A stretch of DNA of 64,000 nucleotides from Phoronis australis (lineage: Eukaryota > Animalia > Phoronida), in assembly GCA_002633005.1 (NCBI GenBank), contig NMRA01000006.1, positions 976,427-1,040,426 of the forward strand, in the 5' to 3' direction. The notes under the pieces are model-generated. The model was not told the origin of the DNA, did not search any database, and worked only from the letters and a program-made list of their open reading frames with translations. Positions 40,360 to 52,905 of the stretch are shown piece by piece (position 1 is the first letter of the stretch; the number at the start of each line of letters is the position of its first letter). A program made the position numbers and the translations under genes.

Positions 40360-42039
40360 TGAATAACGTGACCATGAATAAGGAAGCCTAAAAATAAATA
40401 CATCATAATGATCACAAGTATTCTTTAAATTGAAATACACTGCAATCTATGAAGTGTAGTTCACACGTCGAACAAATGCCAGGACAAATGACGCTTTACA
40501 TTTTCAACATAGAAGCATATGAAGATTCACTTGAGGGGATCAAAGTCACCGACTGTTTCCTGTTCCGCCTCCTCCCATCCCCTGCAATTCCGTATGCTAT
40601 CTACGCCGCGGCCCACCTTCTGGTGTTGCTCCGAGAATTTCACCCCCCCCCCTCAGCCGTGACTCAAGTTTGGTCGTCAGCCTAGAGCTTCATGACATGC
40701 CATACCGGATCCACCATATTTTTTGAAATTGACGTCTGGGCGACTGTCGTAGACCAAGGAAGGCTTCCCACCAAGTTAACTTTATCGGCTTACAAGGTCC
40801 GACCTCGCACACTAAGTAAATACCTCCGACCAAGTGGAATGTACCGCTCATTTTGATACCTGAATGTTTACTATAGTGTTATAGTGAACCGGTTTGACAA
40901 ATATGCACCTTTTCTAAACCAGATTTCATTTTTATGGGCTTTTTTCATTTGAGCTCTCCGTATAAATAATAGTTTTGCTTGGAGGATTACTCGGTCCGGT
41001 CTTGTCACCTGGCGGACCGAGTGCGCTGTGACGTCATCAAACTGGCAGGATTTGAATATTTCATAAGTTCTTTCAATTTTTCTTCACATTTTTGATGTCT
41101 AGAATAATTTTTCGTGCTTTTCACTGTTTAAAAACCATTACGCTTTCTTATATCGTGAACGCACTCGGTCCAGCCGTTCAAAGTTCGGACCAAGTGGACC
41201 CGCAAGCAAAACTACAGCCTATTCATTAAGCCATAAAAATTGGTTGGCATTTCTCAAAGACACGTAGAAGAGGTTTTGGGTACATGTCAAACGAAATTAA
41301 TCACTTTTCATTGGCGTTAAGTATGCTGTCCGGACCTCCTGCAGTAGACAACCCAAGTAAAACTTAGAAAGAAAGTTTATGTTTTGAGACGCTAATAGCG
41401 TCTGACTGTATTCTGTGGAATCGACATGAAGTTGTTAACGATCAGTAATAACAAATATAGACGAAAATTATGCCACTGAGAATTTTCAAAACATCGATTT
41501 CCTGTTGCCAATGATTAGGGGTAGTTGAGGCAGCGACACACTAATGGTGTCAAGCCAAGTGAATGATACGAGGATACGTAATGGTAATAGTAAAATGCAT
41601 TAAAAACGATTGTTGTCATCGAGAATATGAACAGAAGAAGCGATGTTTGAAGAAAAAGTGAAAGAACGTACGAAATATTCCGATTCGGCGAGTTTAATGA
41701 CGTCAAAGCCCACTCGGTCCGGCCAGTGACGAGACCGGACCAAGTAAGCCTGCAAGCAAAACCATAGGCGGATTGAATCATTCACAAACTCATAATTCTC
41801 TCTTTGTCAAACCTTAACTTAAGACGATTTCCAAAGCAATCGCGTCATTATTGCCAACACAAAAAACGGATTTGGCAATTGAAGACTATTTTTAATTAAA
41901 CAAATTTGTAAATTTGTTAAGAACTGATTGCACAAAATATAAAACATGTAATAAGCATTAAAGAAGAAGGAGGTTTCGCCCGCAAACGCTGTGAACCATA
42001 AACAAGTAGGTCTCTTAGTAGCAACTTAGGCGTTAAATC

Positions 42040-42105
42040 GTGGTGGTGCAGTGGTAACGCACGCGCGCTTTGACCACCAGGTCGTGAGTTCGAGTCTGTG
42101 GAACA
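42040..42105 (+). repeat. tRNA-derived SINE head or tRNA pseudogene
   Basis: A box TGGTGCAGTGG and B box GAGTTCGAGTC at tRNA-like spacing; no intact cloverleaf. Confidence 0.45.
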
Positions 42106-43315
42106 TGCAGATTTTCCTGTTTGACACTTTTTCCGTGTTTTTTACTTTTTTCTTGGATAATACTTCGGGAATCAAGGAAAATGCTCGATTTTTAGAGGAA
42201 AAAAATGAAAAATTTCCTAGGCGGGAAAGGGGCAAACCGACCTCCCCCCATTCGGTGCTTTTCGTATCTACAATCGTGCATTAAGCAAATGTTTACAGAC
42301 AAAATGTTGGGCCCCCTTGTGATATCCTAGATCCGCCACTGCTACAGGCCTCTTATTGTAACTATTTAGTGTTCACACAATCGATTACACTTGTAGACTA
42401 AAAGCAATCTTTTTTTGCGAAGACTGAGAAGCCGTGGTTGCTGCTGCTCGATTTTTTGTCACCTGCCGGACCACCGCGGACTAGTGCGCTGTCACTGACG
42501 GTTATCAAACTCAAGGAATCAGAATCTTTCGCAAGTTTTTTTTTCCATTTTTCTTCAAAGAAGGTTTCTTCTGTTCACATTTTGGTGTGTAATCGTTCTT
42601 CGTGCTTTCACTGGGCGCGACGGTTGCTCCTCCGCCGCCAGGCCGCCGGGGGACAACCCCTGATTCATGCTCTATCGATGTTTTGGAAATTCCCAATGGT
42701 AAAACTTTCATCTGTATTTGTAATTACTGATAGTTAAAAACTTCATACTGATTCCACAGAATACAGTCAGGCCATTTTTTCGTCTCAAAACATATAGGCC
42801 TCAGTACTGGACTGGGTCACCATGGAGGTCCCACTGGCATGCCTGGAAGACCCTCACGTAAAATCATACCCGAAAACTTGCCAAGTTTTCAAGCAATTAT
42901 CACATATAGTCAGGTGAACTACCTGGTCGAAAATCAAGACAACGGCCAACATCTATTGATCGACTGGGCCGGCGGATTGTATGAAACGATGCGCAAAGGA
43001 TTGCTAGCTGCAAATTAACACATTTAAATACTTTTCTATTATCTAGAAAATGCATAAAAATAATATCAAATCGTATTTTGCACGTCTTTCAAGGCAAAAT
43101 ATAAGAAATTCTACAGTCCGGTGTACTAGCTCACAGGCACGAGAACAGATAGTATGTCCAACGTCTCCTTGGCAGTTGGTCAAGCTCCTATAAGGCTTTC
43201 AGAACCTTTTCGGTGAATTATGCTTCACACTGATTAAACCATCAAAGTAATGCTGCTTTTTTACGCATAGAGGGACACCTTGGGAAGCCGTCCCGATGTA
43301 TTTTTAAATACATCG

Positions 43316-43355
43316 GTTAGAGTTGGAAGGAATTAAAATTCCTTCCAACTCTAAC
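43316..43355. repeat. Perfect 19-bp-arm palindrome
   Basis: GTTAGAGTTGGAAGGAATT-AA-AATTCCTTCCAACTCTAAC. Confidence 0.95.
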
Positions 43356-44499
43356 ACATACTCAGGCTTGAAACTACAGTGTATTGAGCCGTAACAATTG
43401 GTTGAGACTTATGGAAGTGATAATCGTTTCTTTTGGAGGTGCTGGGTACACATGTCAAATGAAATTTATTACGTTTCATTGACGCCAAGTATGTTTTCTG
43501 GACCTCCTCGGCATATGGTAGCCAGCCGAAGTAACCTTGTGTTTTTTGACCGCAAATAGTGTCTGACTGTATTATATGGAATGGGTGAAGTTATTAACGA
43601 TCACTAATTACAAATATAGACTAAGATTTTGTTGTCGAGCCAATTAAGAACGTTACAAGAAAACGTAATGAATTAGATTCTGGCGAGTTCAATGGCGGGC
43701 ACAGCGCTGATCGGGCCCTCTCGTGAGGAGACCGGACCAAGTATTCCTGCAAGCAAAGCGACAGGATACTGAGTCGTAAAATTTGGTTGACAACTCTCTT
43801 GTGAAAAGCAGATGAAAAGAATAAAGTTAGATGCGAAATCTAAATGTTTGATATGTGGCGCTTTGTCTTTTTGGGTGCTCCAATCCGGACGCCTGCTTGG
43901 ATGACTAAGTTGCAATTACTCTACTTCTTGTTCAAAGGATAAACATTTTTGCGCCACATGAGGTCCTAAAACGATAACTAGCTGATAAAAATTTCGAAAA
44001 CCCTCATTTGGTAGAACCATCCATTATAACACTGTGGCAAACATGAGATATCAACGGTACACTGCCACTCGGCAAGAGGTATTTACTTGGTCTGCGAGGT
44101 CGGACCGTATAAGCCGACCACGTTAACTTGATCGGGTGGCCTACTCGGTCTACAACAATTTTCATTAAGAGATTTGAGATTTCACTGATCGTTCTAGTGC
44201 TCTACCGACAACCGATTCCGTGTCTGTGAAGCAAGACACGTGTTAGGCTGAAAGTTTTGCCTAGCCGTGAAGCACGTCAAAAAGTTGACAGTTGGACTAA
44301 CTTGTACAAGAAACCAATATGCACAAAACTAGGAAGTCAGGTGGCAAACTATACTATTCACAAACAACAGTCCCGTGAGAGGCTCGGCACAACTGGAGAG
44401 AGACTTCGACAAAACATACCCGTAAACCAATTCAACTAAGCCCTTGAGCAATCGCAGTCCTACCCGGTCGACAGATGGAAAATTGATGACTACACGAAG

Positions 44500-44850
44500 C
44501 TGCTGTGCGTGAACTTGGAATCCTGCTTTATCTCAACATCGAGTATAAATGAACCTGGAAATGAATACTGTTAATGACAATCAAGTGATTTTTTGTCCTG
44601 TCAAATTTTTTTTTAATGATTGGCTTCACTATCACCCATTTTCTCCTTTACAGTAACTTGGGTAAAAGAATCGGAGGAATATGTGAACCGTTAAATGAAT
44701 TATTATTTGGTGAATAAGATCGCCGATAGTTGAAAAAAGGTTGGTTAAAATTTACGTTATTTTATTGAAATCAATTTGATTTAGTACAGTGCAAACTTTT
44801 ATCAACGTGAACGCGATTATTTGAATGAACTTTCCAAGTTTCATGGTGAA
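44500..44850 (+). repeat. Solitary diverged copy of macrosatellite module B
   Basis: GTGAACTTGGAATCCTGCTT, AGAATCGGAGGAATATGTGAA and TTTAGTACAGTGCAA occur in the same order as at 11830-12150. Confidence 0.75.
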
Positions 44851-46684
44851 TGCCAAGTCCACGCATACGCGAGAGGTCAAGCAGTATACCAAGTTCACGC
44901 ACAGCATCGCAACTAGGCTGAGTTCCGAAAACAGCAAGATGGTGCATAAGTAGCAGACATTCCAACCTTTCCAACCAATCACTCACTTGGGGCGCCATTT
45001 TGTAAGGTCAAGGTAACGAAGCTCCTGAGCATATCTTGCTGGTTCCCTGCGTGCCGCTACGTGGTCGGTAGCCAGCAGGCAGGTATCACTTAATGTTCCT
45101 CGAGAATTTTTTTTAGACCAGCGTTTCTGATTGGCTAGTGGAATTCTCAACAGGCACCGCTTTACGCCGCAAACAAACTGGGATGACTTATGGACTGAAG
45201 TGTAAATGTGGTCTGTTGTGCAGACATATCGGTACTTAAAATTTATGTCCAGGAAATGTGAATCCTAGAAATTGTGGTTGCGCCTTTTCGGAGTGCATCC
45301 TTCTACTGTCGATGACTTTTGTTTACGATACTGTTCTGTGTTCATACAGTATGAATAACACACCTTTAAATCGGCCAGATATGTGTTTATTGTACATGTA
45401 TGTGCTTCAAGCACGCGGCTAGTATTAAACATCGATCACTGCAAAAACGAAATAGTTGCTGCGACGCATCTTGCATGACAAGGATAACAAGAGCAACGCG
45501 AATGCATCACAAACGGTGTGTTTTTAGGGTTGGTTGTCTGTGTCATAAAATGGTCACTAGATGGCGCAAAAACGTACAGTCCATCCGAAAATGGGAACAT
45601 GCCATAGCTTCTTTAATAGATAGCTATTCACCAAATATCATAGAAATCTGTCACGGAACTTCAGAGAAACAAAGGAAAACAGAATAAAATGAAATTGCCA
45701 CTAGGGGGCACAGTGTTCATTGGATCCGCCCGAAAGTTGTCATTGTCTGTTGTTGCTATCATATAAATACACTTACTAAATTAAATAAAGATCCAGCAGT
45801 GGGTTTAAGAGATACATTTATGGGCGCAAAACAAAACAAACCTACCATTGGAGACGCCACAGTAGTCAAAGTCGTCATCGTCAACCATTCTCTTCACACA
45901 GAGAACGTAAACGCCAATTTTCAAAACCAACCTTAGAATGATTTGGTTGATAGATCGGTGGACGCCAAAAAACAAACTCGAAAACAGCAAAAAGAACCAC
46001 TAGGTGGCACAAAATACCTCGACTCCATCCAAAAACAGGAGGAATTTGTTTTCTCACAATAGATGCCTGTATTCAAAATTTATGAAAATCCGTTGACGAC
46101 CCTTGAAGCTTAAGAGGTAAACGTAAAATCTAAAATTGCCACCAGGGGGCACACCAGTAGTCAGATCCGTCCGAAAGTCGTCGTTGTTCTTTGTCAACAA
46201 AATATAAATACCTTCATTAAATTTAGTAAAGATCCTGCAAACGGTTTAAAGGAGAATGCCACCCAAAAAACAACCCATTTTGTATCAATTTAGATCGAGT
46301 AGTTCTACTCGATAACGGCACGTTCGGTTGCGTTACCTGACGGCAGACGAAGGAATTGAAATTGTCCAATGACGTCATTGATTTCACGCGCAGTCTGTTC
46401 AGCAGTTCACAACATGGGTTACTGGTGTCAGCTTATCGCTTGAAAGTGTACACAACATGACTCTAGTACCTCAAAATAAATTTTATTATTATATCTTACT
46501 TGATTTCAGTGCCTTTAGTGCACAGCTCATAAAGTAACACGCAAAAATTGAAAAAATAATAATTATGTACAACGTCATGGGTTGAACCCAGGTCGTTCAC
46601 CATACCGTTCGGATCAGAGACAAAGTGTATAGAGTGAAGAGAATGCAAAGTACATTTAGCGTCGAGAAGGTTCGTAGAGGGATC

Positions 46685-46900
46685 AAAAGATGTGTTTCCG
46701 GAGGCTGCAGCAACAGCAGCCAGGCGGAAAACGTCTCGGTGTTCCGAAGGACACCAAAGTTAAGCAGAAGTGGCATGACTTCGTGCGCCGAACGAGAGTG
46801 TGGGACGTCATCGTGGACCAAGCGATTCGGTCCGGGGCCACTCTGTGTTCTGCCCACTTTGAGGACTCGTGTTTCGACTCCAGTCACAGGAGACGTTACG
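46685..46900 (+). pseudogene. THAP (C2CH zinc finger) domain relic, frameshifted
   Basis: KRCVSGGCSNS...(shift)...VPKDTKVKQKWHDFVRRTR...ATLCSAHFEDSCF shows C-x4-C, P, W and LCxxHF signatures. Confidence 0.85.
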
Positions 46901-48499
46901 ATGAAGACCTGGTTCAATCAAAGGACAATATTTATCATTCAGCTCTTAATTCAGGATCGTCTGTTGGATGACTGGGTTGACTCGCCGAGCCCGAGGCCGC
47001 TTCTCTCGCGGGAGGATCTAGTTCATAAGGCTCAAAGTAGAAAAGTACGCAGCCGGAAGCACATTAAACTTGTTCTCGCTTTCGTGCAACCCCATTTCCT
47101 CATCCTGGCCACCATTCCCATACGTTTCTTCATAGTATTCGTTCAATTCTTGCTCTTAATCGTCGTCACTTTCAAATTCCCTGGTCTCCGCCATTGTTCA
47201 ATGCTAGTCACTGATCTCTTGTGTTCAACCCATGACGTCACATGGCGGGAAATGTGAAAATTGGCAAAATTGAAAGAAAAATCAAAATTTTGAGCTAATT
47301 ACACAAAATAAACATGGGTTTAGCTAAATTTTACGTCATACATTTAGTCTGTGGCCACCGGTAATTCAAAATGTGCAAAAATTCATGGTGTGTACTGTTT
47401 ACACAAATAAACCATCAAACTTCGATGTAAAACCCTTAAAAACACACCGAGTTCTTATAAAAACGTGTTGTTTTATTTCGCTGTTACGGATTTATTGGTA
47501 TTTGGACACACCGTAGTCTACAAAGTTCGGCAGGCCAATTTACCTAGGTCCGTAGCAGGAGCTTGGGGTCTTTTCGGAGATAAATTCGAAGTATTCTTCC
47601 GTGAAATACAAACAGGAGAACCTGGATCTGTATTGTTAATACTTGTGATTTTTTGAGTTCTAAACACACAGAGCGCTTATACCGGCCAGTGGTTCTGAAC
47701 CCGATCAGGCCCGTCGCGGCGGGACTGACTCGTTATCCCGGCCAGTGGCTCGGAACCCGATCAGGCCCGTCGCGGCCGCCGGGACTGGCATGAACATAAA
47801 CCAGCTTGAGTTGGAAACTAAACTTCCAGTCACGAAAATACTATAATAACGAGTCAAAGAAATAATGTGGACGTAATTATTTATGTGAATTTGCAACGAA
47901 ACTGAAAATCTATTTACTTGTCGGGGGCCGCGAAGTCGGGTTCCCCTTCCACACACCGTCACGGCAAAGGTTGTACAGTAACAATGATTTTAATAATGTA
48001 TTTGTATTTCTAAATAAAAATTCCCCTAACATGCGAACATAGCATATAAAATCGAGTAATTGTTTCACAACAGCTTTCTGTCAGCAAACACTGATCGAAT
48101 TGGCATGCGCTCACACGGCCTCGGTGCCCGGTCAATTACCTTTATTGCCGGCATCATAAGCCGGTAACGCAGTGGCCATTGCTGGCTTCTCAACATTTGC
48201 AGTCACGAATATTGCAAAGGCATTACAAATTGTATCTAATCATGAGGCAGACTTTGTTTTAGTTTTATATAAGCCTTGGTTAGGATGAGAATAATTCATT
48301 TTGAAACAGAACGCAGAATAATAAACGTCTACATGGCGACTCGCCCGGCGCCAATCCCGATTTAGTCAAGAGTTCATCCATCGAAGACTTCACGGGTCGG
48401 ATCGTTAGATTTCACAGGCTATCAGTTCGAACCGGAATACACTGATCAAGAAATATTAGAGAGGCGCCGTGAACATGCACAGGCAACGGAACGTATGGT

Positions 48500-48733
48500 T
48501 ATTTCTTTGGTAAGCCGGAATTCGTCAGAGAAATCACTGTTGACGAAAAGCCGGCCACAAAAACGGAGATATTTCACGTCCTCATACTTGCTATTAACAG
48601 CGAACCTTTCATTCTTCACTACGGCGAGCCACTTCCTAAGCATTTCGGGCTCTCGAGGAAGTCGAAAAAAAGATATACCCGCTTTTTTCGCAGCTTCATA
48701 GTTCGGACAAGCGGGAACGATGTACCGCGACAT
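48500..48733 (-). pseudogene. THAP domain relic with mutated zinc ligands
   Basis: MSRYIVPACPN...GISFFRLPREPEMLRKWLAVVK...LRFCGRLFVNSDF; first Cys and the His are substituted. Confidence 0.8.
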
Positions 48734-51037
48734 AGCGGCACTCACTCTGCAGACGAACCACTGACGTCGCGACATCGTTTCTCACCTTCCTCACAGGTTA
48801 ACGCGACACCTCTCGGCAAGGTGAGGTCGACCGTATAAGAGGCGATGTGGATATAGACCGATTAAGACGGTAAAAAGACTAATTAAATCGGGTGGCATTC
48901 TCCTTTAAGAGATACAGCCATGGGCGCAAAAAAAATCGAAACTGCCACTAGGAGGCGCCACAGTAGCTGAAGTCATCGGAAAATCATCGTCAGCGGTCCA
49001 CTTCTTAGTAAAAACATACATGCGAATTTGCACAATCATCCTGAAAGCGATTTGGTTGATAAGAGGGGTGGACGCCAAAAAAAACAGACTCGAGAACGGT
49101 AAAAATGGTCACTAGATGGCGCAAACTAAGTCTTATCCACCTGAAAACGAAAAGATAGTGTCACCTTACTAACAGAAGCTTGTATGACAAAGTTTTTGAA
49201 AATACATTGAGGACCTTTGAAGATACAGAAGTTAACGTAAAAAAATAAAATTGCCACCAGGGGGCACACCAGTAGCCAAATCCGTCCGAAAGTCGCCGTC
49301 GTCCTTTGTCAACATCATATAAATGCACTTACTAAATTTAGTAAAGATCCTGCTGACGACAGATACAGCCGTAGGCGCAAAAAACAAAGCTGCCACTAGG
49401 AGGTGCCACAGTGTTTGAATAAATGACACCGAAACATGTCAAGTCGACTTAAAACCGTTGTTGTTTTTATTGATATATGCTGCTACTTGCTATCATGGAG
49501 AAATTCATTATTCTTGAGAACCACCTATGCTCAGTTTTGTTTGAAGCCGAATTGCAAAATGCGGACGTCATCCGTAAAAATCCGGTACTTTACCAAGTTG
49601 GTCACGTTTTCACGAAGATGAAATGCCAAAAACGTTGTAAACAACTATTATTTCCTGAACCATCGTTTTGTTTCTAATTCATGAAACTGTTTTTTAAATC
49701 CATTTTTGTTAACTCGTCATTCAAAACTGCATCATTTTAACAATAACTCCTACCAGTTTGAAGATCAATAGTATATGAAAAATACTAAGTTTCATATGAG
49801 TGTGATCAGTCATTTCTGAGATTAAATGTTGCAAAATTAACTTATGGAAAATAAATCGTGAGTTATCTCTCACAAATCATCACTGCAGCAACGCCAACCC
49901 ATCACATCCAAGGCGACTGTTCTGCAACTGTAGGTTCACTACCGCGGAAACACTCGCTTATAACTCACGTGATTCTGCGTGATCTCGATTTTCTCGCAGT
50001 CGCATGAAACTAGCTAAATGGAAAGCACCCTCGGCAATTACAACGGTTTGTATTTGTTGTACATCGATAGATATACACAATACTTGTACAATCGCATGAC
50101 GTAATTTCAAATCACGGATGCAGCCCTATGCGGGCATATTATATTCTTTATCATACACAGGTGACATGATTTCAAGAAATACATAGCATCCAGTACAGTT
50201 AACATGCATTTTCTCAAGTCTGTTGTTTAGAAAACCAGTTTAAATTCTGGTTATAAACCCGCATTCCGCCAAAAACGAGTTCTGATCTAGTCCAATAATC
50301 ATTATGAGATGGGTCTCAATTTCCTCTTAAATCGGATTACAGGTGATTTCGTGGCCTGGGAACACTAACAGTTCGTTATTGCTTGGTAAGAAACTGTGTA
50401 AATTGCCTTATTACAGCGGGTCAGTTCATGCGCAAAGGTTGGTCTCTAGCAACAAGGACCCGCCAATTGTTCCCCAAGCCTAGAAAACAAAACTTTGTAA
50501 AAACAAATTGAGACCTCTGGTCAGTTTCATGAAAAGTGACTTCTGCCTTAAGTCAGATGTTTAGTCCTACAGTCCCCATAGCTATTGCAAAACTACAGTT
50601 TCCAAGAATATACCCAAAACAGCTAGTTACCCAGATTGTTTATAAGAATAATTTCTAGAATTTGATGAGCTAACAGTTACATAGAGTACTGAAGCCGAGG
50701 GCGTTGGAGCACGTGTTACATTTGCAAAGTACAAGAAAATCAGGAAAAAACACAGAGCCGTGAAGGTAGAAAAGGACACACATGGAGAGGCTCAGCTAGA
50801 GATGAAGCTCTTGGGTATGGAAGTGAAGCTGGGTATTACCCATCCCCATCGAATGAACTTGGCCAGATGTCATTATTGTGGAGTCAAATGCATAAAATGG
50901 TGAGGAGCGGGATCCAAGTTTGGGAAATCGCTAACAGCCTGGGTGCTTTACAGGAGAAATACGAGGCCACCAGCAGTTTAGGAACCTCTTCCAAGTCCAA
51001 GCCTGGCTTAGGGATTTTTTCCTTAGTTGGGCGTTAA

Positions 51038-51180
51038 TGTAGAAAATTTCAGTGTCTCCGGTGGGACTTGAACCCAGCTTGCACGAGCGACGGTCAAGCA
51101 TCTAAACCATTCGGCCAAGAGGCAATTGCCGCTTGGCAAGCGGCTTCGAGAGGCTTTATCTGACTGTACGTGTCGTCACA
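51038..51180 (-). mobile_element. 143-bp LTR containing a tRNA-derived Pol III promoter (Ajax/TRIM-like), followed by a PBS
   Basis: Minus strand reads TGTGACGAC...TGGCCGAATGG (A box)...GGTTCAAGTCC (B box)...TTTTCTACA, then TTAACGCCCAAC resembling the tRNA-Lys PBS TGGCGCCCAAC. Confidence 0.6.
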
Positions 51181-52905
51181 ACCGAAGTAAACGCTTCACA
51201 ACACTACTGAATTTGTGACTTAAACCTCAAGTCACTTTGCGTGAAACACGCCCCAATTTTGCAGTACGCGGTCCAAATCAACAATCAGTTTTCATAACAG
51301 AAAGGGGGCCTTACAGTCCTTTTAGTCGGGGTAACCCTACTGTATGTGTAACTGTAGCTACCCTAGGAACGTGTGCGTGTAAAACACGTAAGGGAAAACA
51401 TGGAGTAAATTTTAGTGATAGCATGTAAGTGAAGGTCGACTTATTTGCTGCGAAATTGTTGATGTGGACGTAACTTTTAAATCTAATTACTTGAAACGAA
51501 CATGGGAATAAAGATACAGGGTGAGACACACAAACACACACTGTATAAGACAGGAGCAAGAACACTTGCGCCTAACACTAAACATTAGGCGCAAAACACA
51601 TGGACACAATCAAAAAAGGAATCAAACCTAAGATGTAGGTGTAAGTACAGGAAAATTGGCTGTGGGGCTCTACAAAACATTTAGTAAAATCTGTAATCTT
51701 GGGAATGTCATAAATGAGAATAGTGACTTCCTGAAATACCACAATCCCCCTCTAGTAAACTCATGAGTACGAAGGTGGTGTTGGACAATACCAACATGAA
51801 ATACAAGCAAAACATCTAAAACTTGAATAGAATATGAAAGTTGAGAATAAACAACAACTTCTTCCTTCACATTTCACATCACATTACAAAAAGAGCCAAT
51901 AAGACAACATATCACAATAACAACACTAATCCAATAGAGATGAGTGCGCGACTTCCTTAATTCAATAAACCTTACGCTCTCAAACAGTTATGCGCGAAAG
52001 TAGTACGGTATATCAGCGCGCTCATTATACAAGCCCGTGCTGTATAATGAGACCCAACAGAGCACACAGTGTACTCTCACTAGCTAACAAAGCTTACACC
52101 TTTCTGTGCAGACTCCACTGACAGTACAGGATCAATAACTGGTGAGAGAGGTCCGTTGCTTTTCATAAGACAGTTTTGTGCGTAACTGAACGAATATCAA
52201 AGATAACCCTGGGCTTCAAGGTCGTAGAGTATTGGAAGCAGGTCATCCACGGGACCAAGTTTAGCAGATTAAAAAGAGTTATTTCTACGAGTTGGTAGCC
52301 CAGTCATACGGCATGAAGGACAACTTGTAGTTATTGGCATCCAACAGTTCTCGTAGGGCAGACTTCTTTGTTCCATCAGTCATGTGTCGGCAGACCCACT
52401 CCAGCATCTACCAAAGGAAACGAAATTCAATCTAGTAATACGGTATATATACTGGCAGCCGAAAGTAAACGCAGTTAACACGCAACCAGGTAAGAGTACC
52501 CAGTCGCGTAAGTACCATTCTTCAAACATTTACAGCGACGGAACTCCACAACTGGCACACGCCACGTCAATTTTCTAACACACTCTATACGATCTATAAT
52601 AATCACGACCTACAAACAGCTGCATACACTTTTTTGTCTTCATACTTTACAGGATTATTCGAGCAGCAACCTTTCTTCAAGACTTGCTAGTGGAACTGTC
52701 AATAAAGCCTGCTAAGTGTCAAGGGAACGCCGTTTTTGACAGAACACAGGCATTATCGCGAGAATAATTTTCGGAGTTTGAGCCTGTAACCCTCGCGTTC
52801 TCAGACAAACGCTCTGCTGACAGAGCCCAATCCCATTCGATAAACGACACCTGCCTTGATTTCTGAGAATGTGCGACACACAACGGCGAGAAGCTGCGAC
52901 TCGTA

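Larger units (their letters stand above)
40748..44153. mobile_element. Composite fold-back DNA-transposon region with outer ~78-bp imperfect TIRs and alternating-orientation internal units (TAG...CTA ends, Academ-like?)
   Basis: 40748-40826 (GTAGACC...TCGGCTTACAAGGTCCGACCTCGCA...AAGTAAATACCTC) is inverted to 44077-44153. Internal blocks 40970-41215, 41265-41765, 42440-42795 and 43430-43760 are mutually homologous in alternating orientation. Confidence 0.6.
46250..48904. mobile_element. Kolobok/T2-type DNA transposon, non-autonomous, with THAP relics
   Basis: TTAA|AGGAGAATGCCACCC ... GGGTGGCATTCTCCT|TTAA; perfect 15-bp TIRs; TSD at 46246-46249 and 48905-48908. Confidence 0.92.
45486..49412 (-). 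mobile_element. Helentron-type non-autonomous element (HINE/DINE-like), truncated and split by a Kolobok insertion
   Basis: Begins AACAAGAGCAACGCG like the copy at 52906, with the same ~147-bp subunits. Sequence resumes seamlessly across 46250-48904 (GATCCTGCAAACGGT|TTAA|GAGATACAGCCATGGG; compare 53527-53561). Confidence 0.8.

Noticed and set aside
46625-47257. 210-aa ORF as an intact THAP gene
   Set aside because: The THAP signature is split over two frames and lies inside a TIR-bounded element.
51050-51122. Functional tRNA gene
   Set aside because: A and B boxes are present, but the acceptor and anticodon stems do not form a canonical cloverleaf; treated as TE-derived.
51240-52600. Possible LTR/retroelement remnant
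   Set aside because: Compositionally suggestive only; no termini, repeats or coding motifs identified.
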